Positions 23,326 through 37,400 of a stretch of DNA of 64,000 nucleotides are shown piece after piece; positions within the stretch are counted from its first letter, which is position 1; every line of letters starts with the position of its first letter. The notes beneath the pieces were generated by a model. The model saw nothing but the letters and a program-made list of their open reading frames with translations. It was not told the DNA's origin and made no database searches. The translations under genes were made by a program, and so were the position numbers. This DNA comes from Carcharhinus amblyrhynchos (taxonomy: Eukaryota): the NCBI GenBank assembly GCA_965287045.1, contig OZ336885.1, positions 64,170,001 to 64,234,000 of the forward strand, in the 5' to 3' direction.

Positions 23326-26300
23326 TCATCAACATCTGTTAGTTAAAGTTTTTTCAGCTGAAGTTTCCAGTTTACTGGCAGACTGAGCATTAAATGCTTT
23401 GATCTCCCACATTGGAACTTCTGTTCGTTCCAGTAAAATTTCCATTGTCAAAAATTGCAGCAATGGAAAAAAAAAATCTTACTTTGCTATTAAATTTCAG
23501 TTGAATGTTTCAATCAACTACATCGCAGTTGAAATATCAACTCATGTTCACAACAGAAAGGGTTATACAGCACTTTCGTTGCTCAGATGAAAAATGCCAT
23601 AAGTGAAACGTGTGCCCACATAGTTGAATCGCCTTTGATCCTGAACAGCAAAGGCAACAATGACCTGGCTATTCGAACCATTTGGTTGTGCACTGTCTTA
23701 TGGAATCGACATTGAATTACCTATCTGTCAACTATGCACGTTGTATTCGCAACGTTTTTAGATACAGTCTATGTCTCATTGGAATTTGGAGAAAAACAGC
23801 CAGAAAATGACCTGTATACACAGGAAAATAAGACACGATAACCCAGCATTTTCATATCAGCTGTGCACAACAAATTGACATTCATTTGACATCATCGGTT
23901 CTAATCCATTCAGTTTAGATGGCAAATCAGTAATTGGGAGATAATGTCCTGACTATATTTGATTCGATCGCAGATAGTGCGGGGGAGTTGAATAGGTGTT
24001 GCAAGGACTGAAAGATCATCTTTCCGCATTCCTCTGAAACAGTGACAGTTCTGCAAGAGCCGTGTGAATTATTGACATGAGTAACCCTATGCAAGTGGTA
24101 TTTGATTAGGGGTAGATGATGCAGATCTGGTAAATTCCCGTAACACTTCCGGGAGTCGGGTGTCTTCCAGCTCGTATTAGAACTACAATGACCATCTAGA
24201 AGAGACAGAGGCAGCGACAGCGAAAGCGTGTATAAGACATTTTATTTTGTTGCTGGCTTGCGTGAAATTTAGAATTAAAGTGATTAGAATGCAATTCGAT
24301 TATGATTTTCTCTGTATTTCTAAAATTACGCCGTACAGTTGTGTGTAATTAAATGAAATAAATCTTTGTGACATTGCAGATTTGGATCCCGAAGCAAGCA
24401 ACATTTACGATTTGGTATTCCAGCCGCTTCAAAGATGTTAGGCTCTGTCAGTTCGACAACTTCTACAATATAACTTCCCAAGTAACCCTTTTGTGATTTT
24501 GTTTCAGTAATTTTAATGAAATTGAGTCATTAACTATTACCATAGAGTGAATCTAACGGATGAGAATTGGTATTTTACCTCTGCTGGATGGGCGCAACGC
24601 ATCTGCAAAAAAAAAAGCCGGTGTCCATGAAAATTCAGCTTGCCTAAAAACTTGCATAAATCAACATCTCCAAGGATTGTTTATTTTCTTCTTCTGTAAC
24701 ATGCTGCCCAGAGTATAGTCTCTTTGAATTCAGGGCATAGCAACAAGATCACGCAACACAACGTTAACCATTCCCAATCATTTGTTAAGTTCCTTGTTGT
24801 GCAGAATTTGCTGTTGCTTTCGTATTTCCATCTGCACACAACGAACCTCGAATATAAAGATAGTCGGTTCGGTTAATCTTGACCAAATTTTATTGCAATG
24901 TCCAGCCTTTTTTTTATCGTCTGGGAGTTTGGGTGAAATGCTCATGCTTCAGACCTCATCCTCTCAGAGAGGGAAACAAATAAAGAAAAACACGACATAT
25001 TTTAACATGCACTTTCACACAGTCTACTCTCAATTTAAGCTACATCTTCTATTTGCAATCATCGTCCCTCCATCACTCTCAGCAAAGAAGTGCATGCGCC
25101 TTCTCTGCAGCAAGACAATAGAATAGATGTTCGACATCAATACATGAACGCTGTTTTATTCTAAACTTCAATATCCAAATTAGTTCTCCACATTATAGGC
25201 TTCATCGAAAACAATTTCGAGGACCTCCTCTCAATCAACTGTAATAAGTCATGTTATTCTCAAGTAGGTGAGGTTTCCTCTTCCTTACATTCGACTGGAA
25301 TATGAAGGATATTTTACTCAACTCTCGTACCGAGTACAATGAAGTATATTTTTTGTTGGACTTCAGTACCGCGTATCCCCAAATGAAAAGAAAACACCCC
25401 CTTTACCTCATTGTTAATCACGCTCCCTGCACGGGTGTTTACTTCAAGCAGTTAGCTGCTGTCTATGGGAAAGTTCACAATCTACAATAATGGTAGCACT
25501 TGAATTTTCAAGTGACCATTCCCATTTTATGCTCACATTATACGTGTAAATGTGTTTCAATTGTACTCCGTGATTACCTTTTATATTTTCAGCACTGACT
25601 GTGAAACGTAGTTTTGTTGCGCATACCACACTTCTGCTTCTATTTCATTGTGTTACTCAAAACATTCTGTAGTGCCAACTTTTACGGCTGTGCATCGGGA
25701 TATCCAGTTTGAATTTCATGAAGGAAGCGGGGTATTGTTGAGAAGGATTCATGAGAGGATCACACTGTATCTATCTCTTCCATTGAAAAGTTTAAATAGG
25801 GATCAACTGCCTTTCAGGAAGGATCACTGAAGCAAAAATAAAAAAAAAACTGAGCAAATTAGTTAAAATATTTTCGTTCGACATTTATATTTGCATAAAC
25901 AATTCTGACCGTCTCAGTTGATGTGTAATACTAAATATTATAACATGAAAGGAATCCAAGTGAAAATAATTTATCCTCACCCAGTTTACGAATGAGTAGA
26001 GACACTTCTTTCAGTTCTGGACAAAATAAAACAAAACAGCACTGAGATGGGTGGTTGCAACAATAACAGATTACAGTAATTTATTTTCATTACCAGCTTT
26101 AATCTTGACAAATGACCAAATCACTGTCACTCGCGACAAGTCATCAATATCAATAAGCAGATATAATAATCACTATTAAAGTTTAGGATTTATTCAAAAG
26201 ATCTTTTGGGCGAAATGTTCTTAACTTGGTCAGCTTGGAGCAGCCTAACATCTACTGAACATTATCGTAATGTATTTCAGTTCAGTAGCTTATGACGCGA

Positions 26301-27396
26301 CGATCCATGCAAAGCCACAATAAATCCCGGATGACATTCCACAGTGTAGAAGAATATCCAAAATGGAACATTTGTCAATTGCGCAGCCAGTGCAGCTCAG
26401 CTGAACAAAGGGACTGGAATGTGAATGGGATTTAATGCAGGGTAAAAACAGCATTTAGTTTTCTGGGTGCAATTGAACGTCACGAAATTTTCTTCTGTTT
26501 AAACAACAGCTAGAGATTGCCAATGAATTTAACAAAACAAAACTCATGATCCAACCTGGCAGGTTGCTGTGAATTTGTTTTATAAGACTTTCCATTGAAA
26601 TTCCATTCGAAGTTGTGATATGGCGGAAATCTGCAACTGAACCTTTTTGTTTCCCCAGAACACATGTGTTAGAATTGTCACTTTTATATACTCTAGTCGA
26701 TATACTGATACACTATGTCGAAACATAGAATAGTATTATTATAGTTGCATCCCGAATATTAACCGCTGAAATTGTAATAGCCAGTCATATATTTGTCACT
26801 GTTAGTAAAGTGGAAGCATGAAATGTAAAGGAAACATGTAAAGACTGACACTTCCGATTGGATAAAGGCACATTCCTTACTGATAATTTGTACGGCGCAC
26901 TGCCATCCAAAAAACTTCATAGTACCACTTCATTTGGAATGCTGCCATTGTGGTCCACGTAAAATTTAAGATTATGTCAAAATGACTCACGTTCACCCCT
27001 TGTCTTTATTTCACCTTAACAATACATGAATAGTATAGAATAAATAACATTGCTTTCTGAGTGTAATGCATATTGATATACAATCAACGTTTTACAGCAA
27101 AGAGTATCGGTCGGCAGAATTTTTTTTAATCCTTCTGAAACTAATGTTTGCTTTGACGTTTGCATTCACCGAAATAAGAACACAAATTAGCTTTCTCGAG
27201 TTAGACAATGTTTATATGCTAATTCCAATTGAAACCAGCTGAACGTAGTATTAGCTAGAAACATTATTGCGTGACGATTTGGAACAGTTCATTTGCTACG
27301 ATGAGCACCAATGTTGAGTTTCTTTTCTAGATTTGTTTAGGTAGACGTAAGACTGGAAGCATCATTGAAAATGTACTGGAACATCCATTGCCTTTC

Positions 27397-28580
27397 ACAG
27401 AATCAAAAAAAACAATGATCTGGACAGTGTGGAAGAGGCCAGGCGGCCATACCAGTCTGCACTGACAAATACAAAACATCTGACCTGCCACCTAATCCTA
27501 TTTAGGCCCATAATGCTAAATGCTATGAAGACCCAAATGCTCACCAAGGTGTATTGTGAAGAATGTTAGGCAACACGATTCAACCACAGCGCCAGGTAAG
27601 AATATGCATATTCTGACTTAAAAAAAAAGTTACGTCTCTGAGCGTCTGTCCGTCCCCTACAAACTACTGACTACTCAAGCAAGCAGAACAGATGCTCCAT
27701 GTCCACACTGTCGATACACCTCACAATCCTATACACTTCCATCCTGTCACACCTGTCACTGTTCTTACACAACAAACACAGCCCAAGCCTATGTAAATTT
27801 TGTGAGTGGCTCTTGGAGTGCTTCAAATGCAATCGCATCCTTCCTGTAAAGTGTAGATCATTAATGAACACCACACTCTGAATGTGGCCTCACCGAATTT
27901 CTATACAACTCTGACATGCCTTCCCTGTTTTTGCAATCCATGGATTGATCTGAAATCATTGTATCTTTCCATCCAACACAGACTCACGCAGTAATTTGAA
28001 ACACTCAAATGGCCTCTTAAGGGACGTCTGTAACATAAATATTCAATTCGGCATTTGTTCTACATTTGTTTTTTTTTCACCGCAATGATAACTTACTAAC
28101 GTGTCCTTCAGTTTTCTGGGATCAATGGACACGCACGCCAAGATGGCTGTGTTCCACAAAACTCCCCTCCGTCATGCCGTTCTTTGAATAACTTATTGCC
28201 AAATATTTAACTCCACACATTTCTCAGAGTTATATTCAATATGCTATGATTTGCACATCTGTCCAATGTGAACAACCGGGGCAATCTTGTTGTCATCTGC
28301 AAATTCATTAATCCTGTCTCCCACTTACTCATCTATGTTGTTTTTTTTTATAAATGGGGTAATATACGGCACGCAGTATCTTGATTGGACACTATTTTCC
28401 AGTCACTAAATAACTTTTCTGCCATCACGCCATGTCGTATGCAATCACAGAAATTTTGAACACACTTTATCAAATTGCTCCTTATGCAGTATGAATTTGC
28501 ATTCTTTGTAAGTTGTGCAGTACAACATTGGAAAATGTTTTGCTGAATTCCACATAAACTACACCAAATGAAATTTGTCA
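27397..28580 (-). mobile_element. Highly decayed CR1 fragment(s)
   Basis: MEVYRIVRCIDSVD and other RT C-terminal remnants on the minus strand. Confidence 0.6.
27947..28051. repeat. Diverged ~105-bp direct repeat, copy 1
   Basis: Colinear with 28997-29101 (GATC.GAAATCATTGTA...AATGGCCTCTTAA.GGACGTCTG.AACAT.AATATTCAATT). Confidence 0.85.
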
Positions 28581-28996
28581 TTATCAAAGTGACCCTTTCA
28601 TTTCACAATGCGTGAGGCAACTCCAACACCAGGGAAGAAAAAAAACGGGGGAGACATTGGGAAAACCTGCAACCTCCGGACAGAGAGTCACATAAAACGT
28701 GAATGGCACAAGTCCTAGAAATGCAAGGCAACAGTGCACATCAATGTGAACTATCAATTCCAAACATGTATTTTAGTTTGTACGTATACTCAGAAGGAGA
28801 CTTTGATCTTCGTTGTTAACATATTTCTCATTCATTGCTGCCCGTCGCTTTGTCATGTAACATTTAAGCAACATATCATCCGACGATTTTTGAAAGAAAA
28901 TAGCAGTTTTAGAGCACTGCCTTTTCTATGATGTGCGTCATGACAACAAACATACATATATTATGTTGTGACAATTACATTTTGTTTTTCTATACC

Positions 28997-29101
28997 GATC
29001 CGAAATCATTGTACTTTTCCACCCAGAACAGAATCACACAGTAATCTGAAGCACTGCAATGGCCTCTTAACGGACGTCTGCAACATGAATATTCAATTTG
29101 G
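28997..29101. repeat. Diverged ~105-bp direct repeat, copy 2
   Basis: Colinear with 27947-28051. Confidence 0.85.
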
Positions 29102-30599
29102 GAATGACACTACAATTTCTGAATAACACCTGATCAATTTAACATTTATTTGCGCGTGTACGCAGCCAGTGGTTGGGAGTTAAATATGTTCATGAACACT
29201 ATATCATCTGACATATGCACATTGTTAAATAACAGTTATTCTTAAAGAACAAGAAAATACCTGCAGCTTCCAGTTCTTTTTTACACTTTTCAATTTCTGA
29301 AAAAAAAACGCTATGATAAGTGCATGGTAATGCAGAATTACAAAGGTAGTGGGTGTGTTCAATGAATCGATTAATGGTTTTTGAGAAAATATGCACGTGA
29401 GCAATTTTGGGAACAAATACAAAATAGATAGGACTGCAGAACAAAAAAAAAATTAACTGATTTTAATGGTATAAGATACTTCACTTGACACATTAAATAT
29501 ATCATCTTTTATGCAATGAAAACATATAACTGGAGACAACTTATTGGCACTGCATCTGATAATTAGTATAACCACTCCAGAGAATGTTAGCTGCAGAAGG
29601 AGACATGACACAGTTGTCCAACAACTTATATAAGGATATATAATTGCATAATTATAATTCTTGTTTCTCATAATGTTCCGGAAAGTACAGAAAAATACAG
29701 AAGGATTTGGGAAGGAATACCTGAGATCAAATCCATGCCACCTACGATGTGGCAACGATATTGGATTGCCGTGGTGTAGAATAATTGAGGAAGTACAAAG
29801 TTTTCGCTGCTTTTCAGCGTTAGCGGAATCACGGCTATCAACATGCAGGGTTGTTGTTTGAATTTAAGTATGGCCAAAATGGAAAGGAGACGAATGGCAA
29901 TGCTTTCTTTGGGAACAATGCATATTTGGTACACTAATATTGAGTGACCGGAGATACAACATAATTAGAAATGTTCTTCATGAAATTATTTTGTTGCTAT
30001 TCACTTAATGTTTATAGGCCTTAACAGATTTTCTTTACAATTAATTAAGGATTAACTAAATCATGTTGGACTGGAATCACAGCAAAGTCAGATATGTTAG
30101 TTTGAAAGATTCCCAAATTACCCATTTGTTTTTGAAACATTTTCAATTTTGCCTGGGAAATCATTGTGTTCATTGTTTTCGTTAACCAAAACGTTTAATT
30201 GATTGCATCAAAATTATGCCAGATTTCGTGGTGGAATCTGAACATGTGATTCATTAATATTCTGGGGATTTCCATTATTACTAGGGCAGGTTCATTCCTG
30301 TCACATCCGCCTCTACATTCAGCTGACCCCCACACCAAACTACAAGGGTATTCTGCTCTGTGCCCTTTCTTGAAATCCACATGAATAAAAAAAATGGATA
30401 AGTGACAACATAAAATCCAGGAGTTCACAGATACATAACAGGCCCCAACGAGAGTAGCACCAGTATAGTATATTTAGTCTCACTAAACCGAATGCCCAGT
30501 TTCAAAGTCGGTGAAAATAAATCAGTATCCAATCTGCATAGAATCGTAGAATCATCAAGAGCGCAGTGATGTATTCTGGCCATAATGCATTTGTTGTTC

Positions 30600-31725
30600 T
30601 TCAGTCCTAGAGGTTTACAGCATGGAAGCATACCCTTCGGCCCAACTTGTCCATGCAGTCCCCTTTTTAAACCCCAAATCTAATCCTAATTGCTTACGTC
30701 TGACCCATATCCCCCTACACCCATCATAACCATGAATCTGCCTATATGTGTTCTTTAAGATGAAATTGTATGCGGCTCTATATTATCTCTGCAAGGTGTT
30801 CCACACATTCACCAACCGCTGTGTGAAAAAAAAGCCCTTCTGGACACATTTGTATCTCACCCCTCTCACCTTAACACAGTGCCCTCCAGCATTAGACTCC
30901 CCAACATATGGGGAAAAAAAAGATATTAACTATCGGTCTTGTATATGTTCCTCATTATTCTATAGACCTCTATAACGTCACCCCTTAGACTCCTACGTTC
31001 AGGAGAGAAAAAAAAACCGTCTATTTAGCCCCTCCATATAATTCAATCCAACTGGTTCCGGTAGCACCCTAGTAAATCTTTTCTGAACATTTTTTTCTAG
31101 TTTAATGATATCCTTTCGATAATCAGGTGACTGGAATTGCACACAGTATTAGCATTATGTCCTTACCAATGATTTGTACAGCTTCAACAACACATCCCAA
31201 CTCCTGCATTCACTGTTTCCACCGATTAAACCAAGCACGCTGAATGTCTTCTTCAACATTCCGTCCACTTGTGACTCCACTTCCAAGGAACTATGAACAT
31301 GTGCTTCAAGATCACTTTGTTCTGTAATTCTCCCCAACGCCCTACCATTAAATGAAAAAAAAAGTCATATGCTGGTTCAAAGTACCAAAATATGTGACCC
31401 ACATTTGCCTAAATTATACTCTACCTGCCATTCGGCAACCCACTGGCACAATTGATTATGATCCCGTTGTAATTGAAGATAACTTTCTTCAGTGACCACT
31501 GTGCCAGCAACCTTGCAAACTTACTAACCATGCCTCTTATATCCTCATTCAAATCATTAATATAAATGACAAATAACACTGTGCCCGGCTTTGCTCACTG
31601 AGGCACACCGCTGGTCACAGGTCTCCGCTTTGAAAGAAAAAAAGAAACAATACCCCACACCACCCTCTGGCTTCTGTCAGGAAACCAATTTTGTACCCAT
31701 TTAGATACCTCACCCTAGATCCATA
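30600..31725 (-). mobile_element. CR1 3' fragment
   Basis: EQSDLEAHVHSSL...LLKLYKSLVRT; CCCTTCGGCCCA tail motif at the left end. Confidence 0.85.
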
Positions 31726-32329
31726 TTCCAATGGTGCTCTTTTGCATGCCAAACAAGTAAACAAACTCAAACTAACGTAGGTTCCAATGGTCTGTAACTA
31801 AACCCCATGTTTTTATCAATAGTCACAGGATATCTCTTCATCTCGAAATTATATACCTGTGAATTCAAAAGTGTATCTAATGTTGTTGTTCCACTGAGAT
31901 GTGTTTTGCCTATGACTTCAGCTGTAACTTCCTTCTCAACTCGACTGCAGCAGTCTCTCGTAGTCCTGCACACTTCAAGCGAACATTCTAATGTAATTGT
32001 CAGAGTTAAGTAACGCAAACATCTCCATCTCTACAAGTATGCAAAATCCACCTTCTCGTTGACCTTCCGTTAAATTTGCATTGTAATCCGTTATAATTTT
32101 GGTCAGATTGATTTATGAAGTCTGCATGGATCAAACATTTTCCATTTGAATTTATCTACTTTGAGCATAAAACCCATTGTTTTAGGTATGCTTCATTTAA
32201 CCCGCTAAGAAGATTTTATCAAACAAAGTGCATTTATGAATATTAATAACATGTAGACAACGACAATTAATAATCGTTTTTTACCAATTGCAAACTAAAA
32301 GCAAAACAAAAATTGCGTTGCCTAACCCT

Positions 32330-32878
32330 GAGCAACAATGCAAAATGTTCCAATTAAACAAACGCCCCTGTACAAATCCATGCCACAGGTTCAGCACAGA
32401 AAATACGAGTCCTCCCGTGACGATTGAAATGAGTTCGTTGGCCTGAGAATTGAAACCACAATTTCGCAGTCTCCGAAAGTATAGCAGCCGGCTTGATGTA
32501 CACAGGAACCATGTTGACGTCAGATCTGCTTCCCAAAACCAAGGAGAGGGACAGGTTCTCGACAAACCAGAGATTATCAACAGAATCTTCACTCCAGGAA
32601 TGCCAGGTATCTTGCTTCCAGCGAACATCAGAATTTCAAAAACTACGGAGAGAGAAATACAAACACTTATTCTCAGCCTGATATTCACCCTCTTCGAAAA
32701 TAAAGCGAAAAGTAAGTTCATGAAATGTTGTGAGCAGAGACCAGCTGTCGTTGCCTTGTCGAAATATCGTAACACTCACAATGCAGGGCCATGAACGATA
32801 CCAGAAATTATCTGACGCCCAGACAAAAAAAAACAATAGCACGAAACACCATGCAACCCATTGAAGCTGCAGTTCCAT
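32330..32878 (-). pseudogene. Coding-like segment with signal-peptide-like start and in-frame stops (unidentified)
   Basis: One frame gives 80 codons, TGA, 93 codons, TAA; hydrophobic N-terminus WVAWCFVLLFFFVWA; NDS and NLS sequons. Confidence 0.3.
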
Positions 32879-34276
32879 AACGCATAAAATAGACGGTGTC
32901 ACAATGAAACCAAAAGGTCTGCTTACACCATGCAGGGAACATGATAAAAAAAATCATATCTTATACTAACTTCGCGAACCTATTACCCAATATGTGCTGT
33001 CCTCAGTGATCTACAAGATTTCGCAAAAAAAAAAGTAGCTGTACTCCAATTAGTAACATAATAATGTAGAAATTAAGTTGTTTTCCTTTTACTTTTATTG
33101 GCGAAAACTGTCAGTGCCCGTTATGTATCAAGAATTGATTCGAACTTAACGTATTTCAGAAAGTGTAGAACATTTATTTCCACCTATTTTCTACGTGACA
33201 GCATTGGGCGTGGTACCGTAAAATATGCAATTTCACCACGCCTTTTGCCATTCACAATCCATAGGGCCAAATTGTCAGGTTATGATTGGTTTTATTTTTA
33301 CGAGTAGAGAACTGTTTCTGCTCAGTAAGATTTGCATAGTATAAACTACCTTCATTGTGGATCCCTTGAGAATGAGTGAAATATTGGGACAGTTGACTGG
33401 ATGCCAGTAAATCGTTGTAATTCGTTCTGCTTCGTGAAATATTCATTCAGGGCGACTGCTGAAGTTAAAGACTCTTTACCTGTCTTTTCCTGGATATCTG
33501 CTTATCTCATTCTCAACCAAAGAAGAGCTTCAAAATAAATGTTTACCTTACCTCCAAAATCATGGCAGGGCATTGGATGCATTATATTTGTACGTGGATA
33601 AGTTTCAATGCAAAGTGTGCGTGCGCGAAGAGGCGCGGTGGGATTGATCGGGGTGAGTTGATGGTTGAGGATAGGGTTAGAGATCTGTTGGTCCCCACTT
33701 TTATAAGAATACTTTAATTGAACTCAAAACAGAAATTATTATTATTTTTTAAATCTCACCGAAAGCTTGGTCAAGGAACCTTGCATCTGCAATTCGTGCA
33801 AATCCAAAAAGAAAACTAGAATTAAAAAAAAACTTGGAGATGAAAGATTTAACATAGCCAAACTTTTTTTACGCATGCCAATTTTCAAACACAACTTTCC
33901 TGCCAGAAAGATGACCTGAATATGCAGAAGGAGAAATAAAGCGACACAATATATATAAAAAAGAATCAAAATCCGTGGGAAGAATTTACCAAAACGGAAA
34001 AATTCAGAAGGACTTTCCTTGTGGAGAGTGTTTCCAGGTCATTGACCTATTTCAGATCATGAGGGATGATCAATATCTTAGACACACATATTCAACATGA
34101 TATATTGCCATCACAATATCATGCCTGAAAAGAGTGATTATCATCTGGAGAACATTCTCATACTGGGAGGTATAATGCCATCGGTGCACCAGTACTGTGA
34201 TTAAGATGTTTGTTTTACATTTGGAAAAGTTATTGAAATAATATATAATGATAATAATGATAATGATGTCAATAAT

Positions 34277-34414
34277 NNNNNNNNNNNNNNNNNNNNNNNN
34301 NNNNNNNNNNNNNNNNNNNNNNNNNNNNNNNNNNNNNNNNNNNNNNNNNNNNNNNNNNNNNNNNNNNNNNNNNNNNNNNNNNNNNNNNNNNNNNNNNNNN
34401 NNNNNNNNNNNNNN
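34277..34414. other. Assembly gap (138 N) next to (AAT/GAT)n
   Basis: Run of n. Confidence 1.
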
Positions 34415-37400
34415 ACAATGATAGCTGCATTCCATTATGGAGAAATTATGTCTCCATATATTCAGAGGGTCGTTACAAAGGCAACCATGTGATTTAACAT
34501 GTTACAGAGGTGTGCATGATAGTACGAATTACTGGGCATAAACAATTTGACACATTTTCGCTGTTTTCTTTTCTACGCGAATGAATGTTATTCAATGAAA
34601 ATAGATGAATGTGTAGTGGAATGCGATCCAAGGTGATGCATACCAGAACTCATGCATGTTGGGCGCTCAGTGATGCTATTTTCCCTTAACGTCTTTCACA
34701 GACAGTGTTGCACCATTACAAAACAAGTAAGGGAAACCAGGAAATCGCATGCATGTCTGCATAAAGTCGATGTTTTTGAAAATATTGGAAGCAATTTGAA
34801 GCAAAATAATTAATCTACATTTGGAGAGACAATCATTGTCTGGAAGAGACAACGTGGGGGGCTATTTCTGACCGACATTGCTGAATGTTCGGAGAAAAAA
34901 AAACGGTGTGTTCATCAAGGCAATGAATTTGGCACTGTTTCTTTGAGATCTTTTTTTTTCCTGTTGACAATGACACACATGACAGTTTGACACTTAAGAT
35001 GCAACTGAAGGAAATTCCGAGAGTTGATTCCAGATTCGGTCTTTTGGCAGGAAACAGAGTGTCATCGTGGAGCGTTGTGTCCCGCCCTGGAAGTCTGTGC
35101 CTATTGGAGTCCCGCAAAGTTGCACTGGGCTCTTCTTTTTGAGACTCCTATATGGCAGTGATAAATTTTATTGATGCACCAAATCTGAAAGTCATCCCAA
35201 ATTGTTTTAAGTGGAAAACGTTAATTCCTTGAGAAGAAAAAAATCTCGAAATGATTGAATAAAAATGTTTACCGTCTTCACCGCGAGTAACTGTCGGTTT
35301 GAGAAGAAATGATAGCATGATAATGGGATGTCCGATAAAGCAAACGAAACAATGATCGAAGCGGTTTCTGACTGAAGGTTTTACCTTCAACCTGACAGTT
35401 ACACTGCTGGTTGATCTTATTTCTCCTTTTTCTCCTCACCTTCACATTTTAGACCTGCGAAAGTTATTGTCTTCCTGAACAGACTTAACTAAACTAGTTC
35501 TCCTTTCCACAAATGCGACCAGACTTTTGTATCATCTGTTACATGATATTGTCCATTCCAAGTTTACAGGTTTTGTAAATAGTTATTTTCCATGGCTGAT
35601 ATTTTTTTTATGTTGCGTTGACATGTTCCACCATTGCTAAGCGGAATGACACACTCTGACAAAAGTGGATTTCGTTTAAAATTAAGTACAAATAGTAGTC
35701 TGTCAAAAATCAGATTGGAAAACTGTTGAGTAGTTGGTGGCTCTGTAAGTTAATGTATTTATTAATGATAGACCAAAAGACAAAAATGATGATGCAAAGA
35801 GACACGAGAAAAAAGTCATAATTAAACGTTTGCAATAGAGAGAGTTTTTTTTTAGCGGACACAAAACCGAAGCAATCCCTTTTGTTTTTTATGGAACACG
35901 TACAAAATCCAATGCCGATAGACGATGGTGTGCACGCATCCAGAGAGCTGTTGACGTGGCAGATAAATGTAAGGAAATGAAAATAAAGTGAACAGTTGCA
36001 GTTGCAAAAAAAAGTCTTGCAAAGGAGGGCATACTGAGGCGTTTTGTCATATTGCTCAAAAATAAAATTACGGACGTCTTTCTACAATTGCGTAAGACAT
36101 AGTAACAACAAACCACAACCATCGTGTACAATTTGCCCAATCAACTGAATAAATACGCGTCGTCGTGTCAATCCCCTTTGTCATCGAACTATCATGTGAA
36201 TATCCATGGTAGGTCGCAAATTCGTTGTTAACTTACGTGAAGTATGCATCTTTCAATGCCATCGGGGGAAAAAAATACGGAAGACATAACCTTTCCCTTT
36301 ATTGACACAGAACAGTAGGAGACGAAAGTCATGTGATTTGAAACAGAGTGGTCTGGCATGAACTGACTCGTTCCAAGCAGTTCACGTCATATTAGTTTTG
36401 GGAAACTTCAGTATAGTTGGATACAGCGGGTTATACTTACAAACATAATACGGAAGTCTGTGGCAAATTCAGACGGGTTTCTTACAGAAATTAAATAGGT
36501 GTTTATTGGAAGTTGCAAAATTGCCAGAAAAGTTTTACTGATATGAAAAGGAGGCGAATTGTTTGAATATTCTTCACTAAAATGACTTTCATCATGCGCT
36601 TATTATGTCATTGCTCCGTTTTTTTTACCTTTACTGCATTTTTGCAGCTGTTCCTCTGGAAAAAAAAAAGTTTAATACGTAAAATTGATCACTGCGTTCC
36701 GACAACTACCATGTTGGTGTCATTCATAGCATTGCATTTGTATATTTGAAAGGAGGGAATGCAAATCATGAAGGGTTGTAGCACAAGAGGTAGAGATGCA
36801 AAATACGTCCTCATAAGGTTGTGTCATTAAGTATGAAAGCCTCATCTCTTCATCAGGTGAAGATGACTTAATATTGTTTTTTTTTAAATCATGTTAATTT
36901 AACATGCATGCCGACATTCACAACGATTTCTGTACCTAGTATGTTACAAATCTAGGAACAGCAAGTGACACGTCTTGAAATTAAATAAAATGAGTTCAGA
37001 ATACAATGCATTATTATCCTAATTTGTCCGTTGTCATTTTATTGACAAACACAATATTTTCTCGTTACAGTCAATCCATCCACAACACAAATGGCATGCT
37101 TTTTCGAAAGGGGAGATTCATGCAAATTCGCCTGAATGGCTCGAGGCAAAGAAGAAAGTCATCTTGTTCATTCAATCTCTTGAAAATTATAATGCCCATT
37201 GAAATTATCCCCTCACCTGCATCCAGAAGAGCTTTTCTCAGATTATCTCGTTCTGAAATGTGAAAGAAAAAAAAAAGTTCGCAAAAGGTTCCGTTCTTTG
37301 AGATTGATTACACAAACATTGCTCACACATTATTTCAGAGCATTCTTTTGGAGAACAGCACTGTGGACTGTTTAAAACAAATCCGTCAGCATTAAAAACA

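Noticed and set aside
34070-34435. 121-aa ORF
   Set aside because: Spans the N gap and an AAT repeat; artefact
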